The notes: generated from the sequence alone by a model not told the origin. A stretch of 64,000 nucleotides of DNA from Eledone cirrhosa (GCA_964016885.1 OZ024741.1:373116001-373180000); one strand, 5' to 3'. Positions 13,359-28,261 are shown, numbered from the stretch's first letter. Translations and numbers: made by a program.

Positions 13359-16300
13359 TATATATATATATATATATATTTATGTATATATATATGTATT
13401 TATATTTACTCAGCTGTAGAAATGAGATGATAGGGACTGGGGTCCATATCATTCCACTGCAAAGTGGTTGTGGAGGTGCCACTGCAAAAAAAGCACCCAG
13501 CACTCACTGTAAATGAGGTTGGTGTTAGGAAGGGCATCCAGCTGTAGAAATCAAGCCAGAATCAGTTCCCGTCCCACCCTTGCAAGCAGGGAAAAGCGGA
13601 CGTAAAATGAAATGATGATGATGATGATGATGATGATATATATCTATGTGTGTATATATATATATTTATGTGTGTGTGTATATATATATATATTTATTAT
13701 TCATGTATCTATATATAACCAATGCTAGTGTGGAAGATGGACGTCAAACAATGATGATATACAAACAGATTGAAGTTGGATGTTATTGGCTGCTGAAGAG
13801 TAATGAAGCATGATCTGTTGTTGAACACAAATAAAAGAAAAAAAGGAGGTAAATATGAGGCAGAGGATAAATGTATAAATGAATTTGGCATGATGTAAGG
13901 GAGAGGGACATGGTGTAAGGCTAAAGATTATTGAATAAGGCCTCATGTGATGTAGAAAAATAATGGGAGAATATAACGTGAATGCTGAAGAATAATAATT
14001 GTTTCTACTTCTGGCACAAGGCCAGCAATTATCCCAGTGTATTACTGGTACTTTATTTTATCGACCCCGTAAGGATGAAAGGCAAAGTTAACCTCAGCAG
14101 GATTTGAACTCAGATGCTGAAGAATAATAATAGAGAAGCAGTGTTTCATGGATATGTGATATAAATTGAAGAAATAAATGGAAAAATGTGAGAGGGATTA
14201 TTGTATACTTGCATGGTCCTGTAACTCCCAAGAGAGTTGTAGAGGGACTGTAATGACATACAATATTTCTAGGGCATATATATTTTTAAAGCTGGCAGAG
14301 TCCCTCTCCTCTCCAGGTCTGAATACAACAGATTTCTTCCAGAGAAAGGTAGAGAGAGTGAGAAAATAGAAGCAAGAAGAAAATATAGAGGAAAAATTAA
14401 CCCCAGTACTCGACTCATACTTTTTTATTGACCTTGAATGGATGAAAGGCAAAGTTGACCTCGGTGGGACTTGAACTTAGAACACAAAGCCGAAATGAAT
14501 ACCGCAAAGCATTCTATCTTACATTCTAACAACTCTGCCAATTCACCACCTTGAGAGCGATTATCACTATAATTTAAGTCTATTATTAAGATTGATGGTG
14601 TGTGGAGGACACTGTTGTTGGTAGAAGTGTTGAGGTAACAAAATATTTGATTTATATTTGAAGCTAGGGACTTTCAAGGTTTTACATGTTTTAAGAAACA
14701 GTTTTCAGTTTAAAGACTAGTGAATTTGTTGATAGATGTATCACTATAGTGTTAAATAGTGTGATACATGCAACTATCTAGAAGCTTCTTTGAAGGTACA
14801 CTAGATGAAAAAAATTGATGATGCATGGATCACCAAACAAATTTTTATTTTTATAAAGTTTCACTTCTTGAAGTCTCGCTATATATAATTTCTTAAACCA
14901 AAATATAAACACATACAAGGAATAAAATAAATATAATTTTTAATCAAGACTTTGTGATGTTTAATTGTATAGCTCTAATATTTCTGTAAAATGATAAAGA
15001 ATTAAATAAATATTTCAAAATATTTTTTAAAATACTTCTTCCTGTTTGAACAATTCTTAGATTTTTCTTATGATAATTAATAAGAATTCAATTCCAATCT
15101 AATTTCAACAGATTCTTTAGACAAATCATTCTTCATAACTTGTATTAGTTTTCAGATAATGAAATATTATTAAAACCTTCATTTATATTTGAAATTTTAA
15201 AGGGAATTAAAGTAATTAATTTGAAAATGTTCTCTTTTCAAATTGGTTTCATGAATGAAATGCTCTATTTACAGGTTTCATTTTGTGGTTGCTAGGCAAA
15301 ATCTATAAATGTCAACATATCTCTTTCCTGATTGTTTTTATGTTTCCAATATCAACATCTGAATATTTGTTTTAATTTAAAAAATTAATTTTTCAAATTG
15401 ACACATTTTATGTTTTAATCTTAACCCTGTCCCTACACCTTCTCATTAAAAATTATTATTATTTACATCATTGATTAATAAATTTTAGTTGTCATTAAAA
15501 TTTTAATGCTATTTACTTTGTTACTATTTCAAAATTTCTTCATAATATTTTGTCCAATGTTTATAAAAGATAGATTAAATCTGTAGAAGAAACATGAGAA
15601 AACATGAAAATTAAAATATTTTTGTTTTATAAAAAGTAAAACTTGAAGATCTGACATTAAAATATATAACTATATTTAAACTACCACAGGAAATTTTAAC
15701 ACAGTTTCATTTATACTAAATTTAGAAGTTATAATTTAATTCCTGCTGTTTTTTTAGAGTTTGTTTTTGTGAAAGGATTATATTTTGGAAACACCAGGAT
15801 AGATAAGCAACTGCACTTGAATATTTAAGATTTAAAGAATAACAGACTTTTAAAGTTGTGATATTAAATTTACTGACCTTTGACAATATATATTTTCAAA
15901 ATATCAGCTAATTCACAAGATGGGGCTGTGACATAAATTTATTTTGTCTTGACTACAAAGGTAGACAAAAATTTTGTTATAAATATACTGTCTAGCTTGG
16001 ATGAAACATGTGTCCTAATTTAGATTAGTAATGAATAGATTTAAAGTGGTTAGGAAAGAATATCACAAGAAAGAAAGTAGAAAAATGTAGCATGACAGAT
16101 ACTTCTACTAGAGCTAACTTCCTCAGAGTATTAGTATATTACTAAATAAGATAGAGAATATTACTGAGGACAGCTGAATGTTCATATTGGAAAAACTATT
16201 ACAAACCAAACCTCATTATTGAGGCTGGAGTTGATCCAAAGTTGGCAGGAGGCAAGATTGCAGTGAAAGAATTCAGTAGATAAAGTAAGAAGAATATAAC

Positions 16301-16524
16301 AAGAGAGAAGCAGTAACATACAAGATTCCAGGCTTACCTAAGATGGGAAGGTGTGTGTGTGTGGGGGGGGGGGGGGCTTTAAGGAGGAGAAATGTGAAAT
16401 ATTCAGATTTGAGATGAAGTAACTGTCATATCATACTAGCAAATTATGTTGAGCTGTCCAAAATAATATGGGTATACTTGTGACATCTTTACAAATAGAC
16501 ACAGAGGTCTTCTGATTATTATCG

Positions 16525-16710
16525 TGGATTGGCAGTATCGGTAGAGGGTCGGACGCCATGCTTTCCAGCATAGTTACGTCCCTTTATGGTCTGAGTTCAA
16601 ATCCCGCCGAGGTTGACTTTGCCTTTCATCCTTACAGGGTCGATAAAATAAAGTACCAGTAATGCACTGGGTAATTGCTGGCCTTGTGCCTAAAGTAGAA
16701 ACAATTATTA
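16525..16710 (+). mobile_element. SINE family A
   Basis: Same head, body and tail as 1059-1250. Confidence 0.85.
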
Positions 16711-17021
16711 TCATCACTGTCATCTCCACTGCCACCACCAACACCACTGCCACCACCACCACTGCCACCACCACATCTTTAAAATGTAGACATAAATGCA
16801 GAGCAAATATAAACAAGAGTATCAATGGAATAATTAACTTTTTGTTCATTCAGAAACCATATTTATTCTCTTACACATGTTTCGAAAGATATGTGTATCA
16901 ATACATATTATGAAAAGTACTATGAATACAATAGAAACAACATCAGCACACAGAATTGGGCTCAGTAGAGCAGTAATGATGTGCAATAAAAATACTTAAG
17001 GAAATAATGATGATAATAATA

Positions 17022-17636
17022 ATAATTGTTTCTACTTTAAGCATAAGGCCAGCAATTATCTCAGTGCATTACTGGTACTTTATTTTATTGACCCTGTAAG
17101 GATGAAAGGCAAAGTTAACCTCGGGGGGATTTGATAATAATGATAATAATTATTTCTACTTTTGGCACAAGGCCAGCAATTACCCAGTGCATTACTGGTA
17201 CTTTATTTTATCGACCCCGTAAGGATGTAAGACAAAGTTAACCCTGGCGGGATTTGAACTCAGACCATAAAGGGCCGTAACTCCAGAAATTTTGACCAGC
17301 AATTTAGGGGGGAGGGGAAAGTCGATTAAATCAACCCCAGTATGTTACAGGTACTTTATTTTATCCATCCAGTAAAGATGAAAGACAAAGTTAACCTCAG
17401 TGGGATTTGATGATAATAATGGTTTCTTATATAGGCACAAGGCCAGTAATTTTGGGGGAGGGGAAAGTCGATCAAATCGACACCAGTGCGTGACTGGTAC
17501 TTCATTTTATAGACCCCATAAGGATGAAAGGCAAAGTTAACCTCGGCGGGATTTGAGCTCAGATCATAAAGAACTGTAACTCTATGCCGCAAAGCATGGC
17601 GTCCGACCCTCTACCGACACTGCCAATCCACCGCCC
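17022..17636 (-). mobile_element. Cluster of four head-to-tail SINE family A copies or fragments
   Basis: Repeated GTACTTTATTTTATCGACCCC...AAAGTTAACCTC units at ~17025, 17150, 17300, 17420, separated by (TAA)n tails. Confidence 0.85.
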
Positions 17637-17721
17637 TCGGGGTTTGATGATAATAATGATAATAATAATAATAATAATAATAATATGGACAAGGTGTCAA
17701 ATGTTCATTACATTTATAGAG

Positions 17722-17809
17722 GTGTGATGCATGTTTCATGATTGATCAGTTCAAGGTTCGATTGGTATTGATCAGGCATGACACTGGAATCAAAAGCTCA
17801 TCAGACTTC
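17722..17809 (-). ncRNA. Degenerate hammerhead with long stem-II insertion
   Basis: Minus strand AGT-CTGATGA-GCTTTTGATTCCAG...TGAAACATGCATCAC, homologous to 528-615. Confidence 0.45.
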
Positions 17810-17870
17810 TGTTACAGTAATGACAGAATGATTCCCATACAGTGTTGAGAAAATATACATCAGTTCTCTA

Positions 17871-17918
<48 letters not shown>

Positions 17919-18914
17919 TGGTGTCCCAGCATGGCCTAATGACTGATAATCAATAAAATAATATAGTATAACATGACAAAGTTTCGCATGATTGTTTTTA
18001 TTCATCATTGACCAGTTCTGTACATTTTATAGATGATTAGTTCAAGGTTCATATTTGTGTTGTTTATACACTCTGCTTTAGCATTCAGTCCTTATACGAA
18101 TCCTGGAGAGGATATGGGTGCCGCCAGGTTTAAAAAATTCCATAGAAACACTGTATGTCAATATGGCACCCCTAAGACTCCATCAGGAGTTACAGGACCA
18201 TGAATGCATGCTTATAAGAATAAACCATACGCACACACACATACATACATACATATATATCCCACACTGTCAATGTGGTTGGCATTAGGAAGGGCATCCA
18301 GCCAGAGAAAATGACCCAGAAATACCCCTATATGAGCAAGACACGGTCACCTGACACAACTTGTCTCAAAATAGGACCCGTCTAACCCATGCTAGCGTGG
18401 AAGATGTACGTTAATCGATGATGATGATGATATCATGTAGCTACAAAATTATTCTAGATTATCCAGTTAAAAATAAAAGAAAAGAACTAATATAAATAGC
18501 AACAAAAATATGACAAAAACAAACAACTGTTTTCTGTCTTCAAGGAAACTCATGATCATGATCTGGATCATCATCATCATAATCATTTTTACATCGTTTT
18601 TCCATGGTTGTATGTGATAGACAAGCCCTGTCTGTAACAGCATATCTCCACCAGTTTTTTCTCCTTTGACATTTCCTTTGTGAGATGTTGCTTCTAGAGA
18701 TCAGGCTTCACCACCGCTTCTCACATCTTTCTTGGTCTTCCTCTACCATAACTTCCTTCTACCTGGAACTCCCCACATCTCTTCACCCATCAATCATCAT
18801 CCATATGCATCCACAGTAGTGCAATCTTCTCTCCAGCACACAACCTCTGATTCCTTTTTATACTCAGACATTTTACCTCTCAGTTCTTCCATGCTTTGTG
18901 TTACTCATGAACAT

Positions 18915-19285
18915 TAATTCATATAAAATAGAAGCTGAAGAAACAGATAACAGGCACTTGTGGGAAGAAAGCAGAAAAAATATATTAAAAATTACACAGA
19001 AAATGAGACTAGAGAATATCAATGATGCTAAAATGAAGGGAAAAAATGTTTGTATATGGCCAATACATGACAAGACTGAATAAAAAGAGAAATAGATAGA
19101 AGAAAAATGTCAGCACTAGCTCAGAGGTACATGACTTAAGGTAAAACCAAAGGATTTTGATTGTGACAAGCTTAACAGAAACTGCCTAAAGCACGTATTG
19201 AAGCAGAATATATGGAGGTCGTATAGCAACAATCAATCACATTGTTTCTGGACATACAATTTTAACCAAAGAATGTATCTGTGTG
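18915..19285 (+). mobile_element. Degenerate Dong/R4-like LINE fragment
   Basis: Broken frames resembling the region before the CCHC finger (TINHIVSG). Confidence 0.4.
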
Positions 19286-19962
19286 TATATATATAATGGA
19301 CTCTTCTATCAATTCGACATACGAGGGTTCAACAGTCTGTTCAGTTTAATGTTTTATATTTATGCCTTAAATGGCACTTCAATCCAGCTGCTCATTTATA
19401 CATCAATCTACATTTGGTACAGGTGACAGGATCTTGAACAGAGCAGGCTAGAATACCTGACTGGAATCTGGTGTTAGATCTTATCTTATACCCTCATAGC
19501 AGTGTCATCCAGTTCCACACTGTAAATAGGGATGCAGATTCCAAGCTATGGCTCCACTGTGAACATGGTATGGCACAGCCAACTAGCCTATCCATCTTCA
19601 TAACATTGTCAATCAGTTCCACACTGTAAATGTGGGTGCAGCCCCCAAACTATGGCTGTAAATGTGGTTTGTGTTTGGAAGGGTCTCCAGCTGTAAAAAT
19701 CTTGGCAAAATTTTACAGTTCTGTCAGAACAAGGTACACCGAGGCCAATCTAAGCAGACTAGTTTCATGTCGTGAACAACCCATGCAAGCATAGAAAATG
19801 GATGTTAAACAGTGATGATGATGATGATGATGATATATATATAAACACACATATATCCCTGTATGGCATTGACATCAGGATGAGTGTCCTGTCATAAACC
19901 ATTGTCTCAAACTACCCAATAGCAGCATAGAAAAGTGGACATTAATAATGATGATGATATAT

Positions 19963-20007
<45 letters not shown>

Positions 20008-20484
20008 ACAGACTTTGACCTTTCAATTACTTGGCATTATGCCAGACTTATGAAATACCAACAGAAAGGAGATGGTAAAACAATGAGCCAGTAAAAGATC
20101 TGAGAGAATAACAGAGTGGACCATTCTTTAGATATTCAAATTAATACAGTTTATGGTATAACTTCTGTCTGAGATCACCAAGAAATGTCATTGTACTAAT
20201 GTGTCAGCTTCACTGGACAATAATGTACCAATATCATCGTTTTTATGTTGAGTTTTCCATGCTAGCATGGATTGGATGAGATGTTTTCAGCAATGTGTTA
20301 CAGCTGGATGCCCTTCCTGACACCAACTCTTTAGTAATTTTTTATAAGATTCAGGGTCACAGTATACATGTACTTATTCTAAAGCAGATACACATGGATA
20401 CATATATATATATATACTCAGACACACATATTTATTAATCTCTCTCTCGCTCTCTCTGTATCTATCTATCTATATATAGATATA

Positions 20485-20815
20485 CCTTGGTTCACAAATG
20501 CCTCTATTCATGAACAAATCTGTTAACAAGCAAGTTTTCTGAACATAAAATATCTCACTTCACGAATGGTGTTTCAAGTAACGAACGCACAAGCTGGCAA
20601 CAGCAGTTGGCAACAAGCTTGAAGTATAGTCAGGAAAGTGTCAGTTGCTATGGTAGTTAGTTATTATGGTGATATCTATCTGTCTTTCACACACAGTCCC
20701 CCCCTCTCTCTCTCTCTCTCTCTCAATAGTTGGAAAAATAATTTAGGTTTACAAACATTTCAGGTGATGAACAGCCTTCAGCAATGAATTAAGTTTGTGA
20801 ATCGAGGTTCCACTG
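20485..20815. mobile_element. Tigger/pogo-like MITE
   Basis: Ends GAGGTTCCACTG-TA; internal homology to 56242-56540. Confidence 0.7.
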
Positions 20816-21039
20816 TATATATATATATATATGTGTGCGTGTGTGTGTGCGTGTGTGTGTGTGGTTGGTGTCGGAAAGGACATCCAGCCATAGAAACCAA
20901 GCCAGAAACAGCCCAGTTCTGTATGAGCAAAATATGGTCACCTGACCTGACTGCTTCAAATGAGACAATTCGTCTGACCCATGCTAATGTGGAAAAATAG
21001 ACATTAAACGATGATAATGATATTTATATATGTACACAT

Positions 21040-21365
21040 GGAAGGCACCCCACCAGTTATAACGACAACCATTTCACTTGATCTGATCAAAAGAACAGCC
21101 TGCTCATGAAATTAACATGCAAGTGGCTGAGCATTCCACAAACATGCATACCTTTAACGTAGTTCTCAGAGAGATTCAGCGTGCCATAGAATGGGACAAA
21201 GCTGGCCCTTTGAATTACAGGTACTACTCATTTTTGCCAGCTGAGTGAACTGAAGCAATGTGAAATAAAGTGTCTTGCTCAAGCACACAGCGCGTCACCA
21301 GGAATTGAACTCATGATTTTACGATCGTGAGCTGAATTCCTCAACCACAAAGCTATGTGCCTTCA
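21040..21365 (-). mobile_element. Family B head SINE with a different tail
   Basis: tRNA/CORE-like head (ATAAAGTGTCTTGCTCAAG) joined to a non-RTE tail. Confidence 0.7.
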
Positions 21366-21789
21366 CAAAAGCATACACACATCAATGTATCAGTAGAGGG
21401 TCGGACGCCATGCTTTCCAGCATAGTTACGTCCCTTTACGATCTGAGTTCAAATCCCGCCGAGGTTGACTTTGCCTTTCATCCTTATGGGGTCAATAAAA
21501 TAAAGTACCAGTAATGCACTGGGTAATTGCTGGCCTTGTGCCTAAAGTAGAAACAAATATTACTTATTCTAAATCAGATACACATGACCTTATGTGTGTT
21601 TTAAAGAAATTGATGAAACTATCATAATATTAAAGATCATATTACATAGAGTACTTTTTAAAAGAAAAACCAAAAAACGCTGCACATATTCAAAGTATAC
21701 AAAGATGCACTCAACTGTGCAGTAAAAACAACCAATATTGAAAAAAATTCATCGACAAGTTTGGTGAAAGTGTGAAATTCTGACTGTGT

Positions 21790-22320
21790 GAAATTAATGC
21801 ATAAAGTGTCAGCCATTTAGTGAGTTTGTGCAAAATACTAGCAGAAAAGGAGTGTAAAAGAAGACATGACAAGGTTTGTATATATATTCACTGGTCATTA
21901 TGCAAAACATATGGATATCAGGTGTCAGATAAGTGTTACCAACATGTCACAGAAAGAACTCTTGATGACAGAGACAAACCTAAACTTCTTTTGAACTTCA
22001 CTATCCACAACTGATCTGATATTGTGGTTATGTACAGAAATACACATGAATGCCAGATTACAAATATTGATGTTACCAGCCCAAGAGATCAAAACATATT
22101 CTAGAAAGAAATTGAAAAAATAATGAAATATATTGAGCTGAAGACCGAAATTACATGGTTGCTGTCAATACCACCAAACAATATCAAGATAATTTCAGTT
22201 GTCATAGGAGCTTTGGGATCAATACCACTAAAAAAGAAGAGGATATCTTAAACAAATAGACTTTGAAACGCTGCAAACTGCTCTCCTACAAAACATTGCC
22301 TGTTGCGCTCTGCATATGTA
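21790..22320 (+). pseudogene. Dong/R4-clade LINE restriction-like endonuclease remnant
   Basis: CKILAEKECKRRHDKV..IHWSLCK, DIVV, IDV..P, EK..KY.ELK.EI, VVIGALG motifs across broken frames. Confidence 0.75.
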
Positions 22321-23189
22321 TTCAGAAAATTATTGTTTGTCTCAAGTCCTTGTAGAGACATGACAGCCAGTAAAAGATCCAGTAATCATAACAGTTACTG
22401 TATAAACCAATATCAATAATAATAATAATAATGATAGCAATATTTGCTGAAATACAAGCAACATGGGCGTAAAATGTGGCCAGGGACCATAACAAACATT
22501 GGAAAAGACTATTACAACAAACAGAATGATGTGCTCTGAATAGCAACGATTAAAACAATTAAAATAAAAATGAGAAAAACTAACAAAAATGCTATAGGAT
22601 ATCTATGTGCGTAATATATTAATAATCAATAATAAAATTTATTGATTTTTACCACTTGTTATTGAAGTATTACAAGTGTTCATGCTATTCGATCATCTCA
22701 TACTACATGTAAACAAACTCTCCAAGCATATGCTATAATCAACCCCATACTATCCCCACTCCATCACATATAATTCAAAATAAACAATGTAATATTCCGT
22801 CTAAGGGTAATAATAATATGGAAATACATACTTTGAATTTAATGCATAAAAGGTACATAAAATCGTGTATGCAGATCTCTTCAAGATTAAAAGCAAATAA
22901 ACTGGTACCAAACGAAAATTATGAGAATCCAAATAATGGACCAGATTTTACTTCCCAAAGTTTTGTAAATAAAAACTAAAAGGCATAAGAGAACATGAGG
23001 GGACTACTTCATGCTGACACTCTTCCCCACTGGAAAACAAAACTATGACAATATACCCACATAAAACTAGGAGGGATACTAATTCAAACCTAAATTTAAT
23101 GCGACACCCTGACAGACTAGCTAACCTAAGAAGATATATATCATTGGGAATGGCCCCATCATGTATTACCTGATATATATAAAAACCAC

Positions 23190-23515
23190 CTTCAGTCACG
23201 AATGACCATGGGATTTGCACTTAGAAAGTTCCCCTCCGAGACACAAGCCCCGGCAAGGTTGTTTGTGGAAGACCAGCAGTCACCCATGCATACCAGTCTC
23301 CCCTCTCCATGCCACCAATGTTATCCAAGGGAAAAGCAATGGTCAATACAGCTTGGTATCAGTGACATTGTAACTCATTTCTACAGCTGAGTAAACTGGA
23401 GCAACATGAAATAAAGTGTCTTACTCAAGAACATAACGCAAAGCCTAGTTGAAGAATTGAATGCACAACCTCATAGTTGTAAACCCAACGCTCTAACCAC
23501 TAAGCCATGCGCCTT
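23190..23515 (-). mobile_element. Family B head SINE with a third tail type
   Basis: CTCTAACCACTAAGCCATGCGCCT head plus CORE-like block and a distinct tail. Confidence 0.75.
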
Positions 23516-23519
23516 TACC

Positions 23520-24690
23520 AGGACAACACTAATCATAAAAAATCTGAAGAATACCAACCATCAAACACTGAACTATAAACCCTAGAATACCTGCAGAATA
23601 CTGACCAAGAAAAACTGAACCAAGGCAACACAAACAAGACTATAAATGAAACAGAATATAAGGAATATATAGGAAAAGGGAACCTTAAGGGTGGAAATTA
23701 TGATCACAATAGTATAAAGATGGATGTAATCCAAGAATTAAAAACAGCAGATATTTTTTACTGATCAATGAAAATCCCTCCCAAGGATAAAAATCTCCAA
23801 AACAATAACAATGAAAAGAAAATACTAGCCTGGTTATCATAAACTTAATTAAATCAGACACAAATATCAGTACCACAAAACTCAATTAAGTAACATATGC
23901 AACAGCTATTGCAGTTACAAAAGAAAGTGGATCTTCAAAAATAGGAATGTGGAAACACAAACAAACAACATGGAAGACAAATATACAGAAAAAAGATAGA
24001 AAATAAGAGAAAAGAGATCTTAATCCTTAATGAAATCAATAACAAGACAACACACCTAAGCAAAATGATGGCAAGACAAAATATTGCACAAACATAATGA
24101 AAAACAAAATAACTGTATTCAAAGAATGCTTGAAACAAGTAATCCATGTTAAAGCACAAAGAATCTGTCAGTATGAAAAACTCAATAATTCTTTGAACAA
24201 AACAAATAGTTTGGCTCTAAGAAATTGGTAAAAGTAAAATAGAAATCAAGGCAATACCAATAGCAAGAGAAAAAAAAGAATTTAGGTGGGAGGGGGCACT
24301 ATGAATAGCAATGGAATCATCACAGAAAAGATTAGTCAAAATAACCAACACAGCATTTGAACAACAGAAGTAATCCCCCACCACCCACAGCAAATACAGA
24401 AACTGGAAGAGACTAAGATAAAAGAATTAGACTAAATGCAGATATACAAATACTTAGGATTCAATGAACTAAAAAAATGTACAATACACACAAATGAAAG
24501 AAAAGATTAAGATGAGATATTATTGATGCATTAGATTAATACATAAAACAGAGTTAAATGCAAAAAATTAGGATAATAGGCATCAATGCTTTTGTTGTCA
24601 CAGTAATAAGTTACAGTTATTGGTCACTAAATGAACTAACAAGACAAGACAGAAAAACAAGATTTAGAATGATCACCCGAAATGAGTTGA
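23520..24690 (+). mobile_element. Highly decayed Dong/R4-like LINE (N-terminal and RT parts)
   Basis: YKYLG (TACAAATACTTAGGA near 24445) followed by TELNAKN..IGINAF..VISYS-like motif. Confidence 0.55.
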
Positions 24691-25419
24691 GACACAACAT
24701 ACACTATAAGATCCAATAATCAAAATATTTACTGTGATAACCATTGATAAAATTGATTTCTAATTTAGACACAAAGCTAGAAATTTTGCAGAGATGGGAA
24801 AGTCGATTATATCCCACCAAGGTTAACTTTTGGTGGGATTTGAACTCAGGTCATAATGAGCTGTAACTCTATGCTGCAAATCTACCGATACTGCCAATCA
24901 CTGCCCTTGATAATAATAACAGAAAGAAAGAAAGAGTTATATAGCACACCAACCAGTCTTTTCCAACCAGTCTTCTTGCTTTTCCGAATCTACTTGTAAT
25001 AAGCTCGAGGCAAGAATGAAGTCTGGAAAGATTGTGAGTGTGATAAAGAATGGAAGAAATTTCAACTGAAACAGCAATCCATGGTGATAGAAAACAAACA
25101 TAGAGAAAGCTATAAACTGGTTGATTTGAACAATTGAACAGCTCTAGAGATTCTGGATGGAAATATCATTATGTGAAGATCATGTGATGAGGAGTGAAAG
25201 AGGAGTGAGAAGAGGAGTGATAGAGGAGAGAGAAGGGGAGTGAGAGATGAGAGGGAGAGAAGGGGAGTGAGAGAGGAGAAGGAGAGAAGGGAGAGAGACA
25301 GAGAGAAATATATATTAGATAGATAGTGAGAGAAATAGATAGTGAGAGACAGTGTGTGTTTGTGAGTGAGAGAGAAAGATAGATAGACAGACATACAGGA
25401 GAGAGAGACATTGCGTATG

Positions 25420-26592
25420 TGTGTGAGAGAGAGACTGTGTGTGTGATAGAGAGAGTGTGTGTGTGTGAGAGAGAGACTGTGTGTGTGTGAGAGAGAGAGA
25501 GACTGTGTGTGTGTGAGAGAGAGAGAGACTGTGTGTGTGTGAGAGAGAGAGACTGTGTGTGTGTGTGAGAGAGAGAGAGACTGTGTGTGAGAGAGAGAGA
25601 CTGTGTGTGTGTGTGAGAGAGAGACTGTATGTGTGTGTGAGAGAGAGACTGTGTGTGTGTGTGAGAGAGAGAGACTGTGTGTGTGTGAGAGAGAGAGACT
25701 GTGTGTGTGTGAGAGAGAGAGAGACTGTGTGTGTGTGTGAGAGAGAGAGAGACTGTGTGAGAGAGAGAGACTGTGTGTGTGTGAGAGAGAGAGACTGTGT
25801 GTGTGTGAGAGAGAGAGAGAGAGACTGTGTGTGTGTGAGAGAGAGAGAGACTGTGTGTGTGAGACAAAGAATGTGTGTGTGAGAGAGAGACTGTGTGTGT
25901 GTGAGAGAGAGAGACTGTGTGTGAGAGAGAGAGACTGTGTGTGTGAGAGAGAGACTGTGTGTGTGTGAGAGAGAGACTGTGTGTGTGTGAGAGAGAGACT
26001 GTGTGTGTGTGAGAGAGAGACTGTGTGTGTGTGTGTATGAGAGAGACTGTGTGTGTGTGAGAGAGAGACTGTGTGTGTGAGAGAGAGACTTATGTGTGTG
26101 TATGAGAGAGACTGTGTGTGTGTGAGAGAGAGAGAGACTGTGTGTGTGAGAGAGAGACTGTGTGTGTGTATGAGAGAGACTGTGTGTGTGTGAGAGAGAG
26201 ACTGTGTGTGTGAGAGAGAGACTGTGTGTGTGTGTGTATGAGAGAGACTGTGTGTGTGTGAGAGAGAGAGAGACTGTGTGTGTGAGAGAGAGACTGTGTG
26301 TGTGTGTGTATGAGAGAGACTGTGTGTGTGTGAGAGAGAGAGAGACTGTGTGTGTGAGAGAGAGACTGTGTGTGTGAGAGAGAGACTGTGTGTGTGTGTG
26401 AGAGAGAGACTGTGTGTGTGTGTGAGAGAGAGAAAGACTGTGTGTGTGTGAGAGAGAGAGAGAGACTGTGTGTGTATGAGAGAGACTGTGTGTGTGTGAG
26501 AGAGAGACTGTGTGTGTGTGTGAGAGAGAGAAAGACTGTGTGTGTGTGTGTGTGAGAGAGAGACTGTGTGTGTGTGTGAGAGAGAGAAAGAC

Positions 26593-26627
<35 letters not shown>

Positions 26628-27046
26628 CTGTGTGTGTGAGAGAGAGAGAGAGACTGTGTGTGTGTGAGAGAGAGACTGTGTGTGTGTGTGTGAGAGAGAG
26701 AAAGACTGTGTGTGTGTGTGTGTGAGAGAGAGACTGTGTGTGTGTGAGAGAGAGACTGTGTGTGTGTGAGAGAGAGACTGTATGTGTGTGTGAGAGAGAG
26801 AGAGACTGTGTATGTGTGTGAGAGAGAGAGAGACTGTGTGTGTGTGTGAGAGAGAGAGAGACTGTGTGTGTGTGAGAGAGAGACTGTGTGTGTGAGAGAG
26901 AGAGACTGTGTGTGTGTGAGAGAGAGACTGTGTGTGTGTGAGAGAGAGACTGTGTGTGTGTGAGAGAGAGACTGTGTGTGTGTGTGAGAGAGAGACTGTG
27001 TGTGTGTGAGAGAGAGACTGTGTGTGTGTGTGTGAGAGAGAGAGAG
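25420..27046. repeat. Compound minisatellite [(GA)n CT (GT)n], about 1.6 kb
   Basis: Direct reading; fixed GACTG junction with variable dinucleotide counts. Confidence 0.97.
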
Positions 27047-27441
27047 TTAGTTATGTTGACTACATGCAGCAGATGATGTTAAGGTTTATCCTTTAATACC
27101 CAGATCACAAGGGTGAAATGAAGACATTATGAAAGTACCAGTAATGTACTGAGTAATTGTTGGCTTTGTGTCAAAAGTAGAAACAATTATGAAAGTTATG
27201 TTTGCAGCATGGAGTTACGTCCCTTTACGATCTGAGTTCATATCCCGCCGAGGTTAACTTTGCCTTTCATCCTTACGGGGTCGATAAAATAAAGTACCAG
27301 TAATACACTGCGTAATTGCTGGCTTTGTGCCAAAAGTAGAACTAATTATGAAAGTTATGTTATTGTGTTTAAGAGTAGCAGCTGACATGGAAATGTAAAG
27401 TTGTTATAAATATATAGAGAGAGAGGGGGGGGGGGAGAAAG

Positions 27442-27473
<32 letters not shown>

Positions 27474-27517
27474 CTGGACAAGGTTAAATTCCTTCAAATT
27501 CTTATTTCTGCAAACAC

Positions 27518-27562
<45 letters not shown>

Positions 27563-27650
27563 GATGGCTGCCAACTCGTTTTCGAGTACGGCCACTACCT
27601 TATATCCATGTTGGAGAACTCCTACCAATGCGCTGAACATACATATATAC

Positions 27651-28261
27651 ATGGTGGCTGCCAACTCATTTTTCGAGTACGGCCACTACTTTATATCCAT
27701 GTAGGAGAACCCCTACCGATGCGCCGAACGTGTGTGACTTTTTAGTCCAGCCAACGACTTGAAAACTCTGGTACAAACTCTACACTTGTGACAATTATTG
27801 ACACATAGTGCTGGGCCCATGGTACCATGTGACGACAAGTGCAGAGAGATCTCCAGATACAAAGCAATGCCTGTGCCGTGAAGCTTTTATAGTGAGCAAA
27901 GGCACTGCACAAAGCCAGTCCCACTCTCTTAACCAGGATGATGTTTACCAAAAAGAAGAACAAGTCAACATCATTGGATACCATCAGGGTTGCAGGTGTT
28001 ATATCAGAGTTTTCCTTCTCCTAGAATTCTGCCTTGACAAAGGCTAAGGGGTCATCTCTCCCGGTGATTTTGGATGGCCATTGACTCTTAAGAGCTCCTT
28101 TGCCCTTTGACAGGTTTTGTTTTTAGTCCTGCAGGATGTCCAAAGTCACCGTCCTCACCAAGAAACCTTGGTAGGGTTGCCAGTTTAGTCGCCAACGACC
28201 CGACCATGGGACAGGTTGTACTGGGATACATGTTACCAGTAGCACCAACTGGTGACCTGAC
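27651..28261 (-). mobile_element. Bipartite non-autonomous RTE-derived element, ~610 bp (extra 3' tail at 27561-27638)
   Basis: RTE 5'UTR-like GAGAAGGAAAACTCTGAT plus 3' end encoding a C2H-type finger remnant ([19 protein letters not shown] in the 38191 copy). Copies at 37287-37896 and 38191-38797. Confidence 0.75.

Noticed and set aside
14591-14634. Possible exon IDGVWRTLLLVEVL, phase-compatible with 30851
   Set aside because: Weak acceptor without a pyrimidine tract; not supportable without RNA data.
28175-28261. Twister ribozyme at the bipartite element 5' end
   Set aside because: TAAC and TCCCA are present, but the L4 length and GAGGG pseudoknot partner do not fit.
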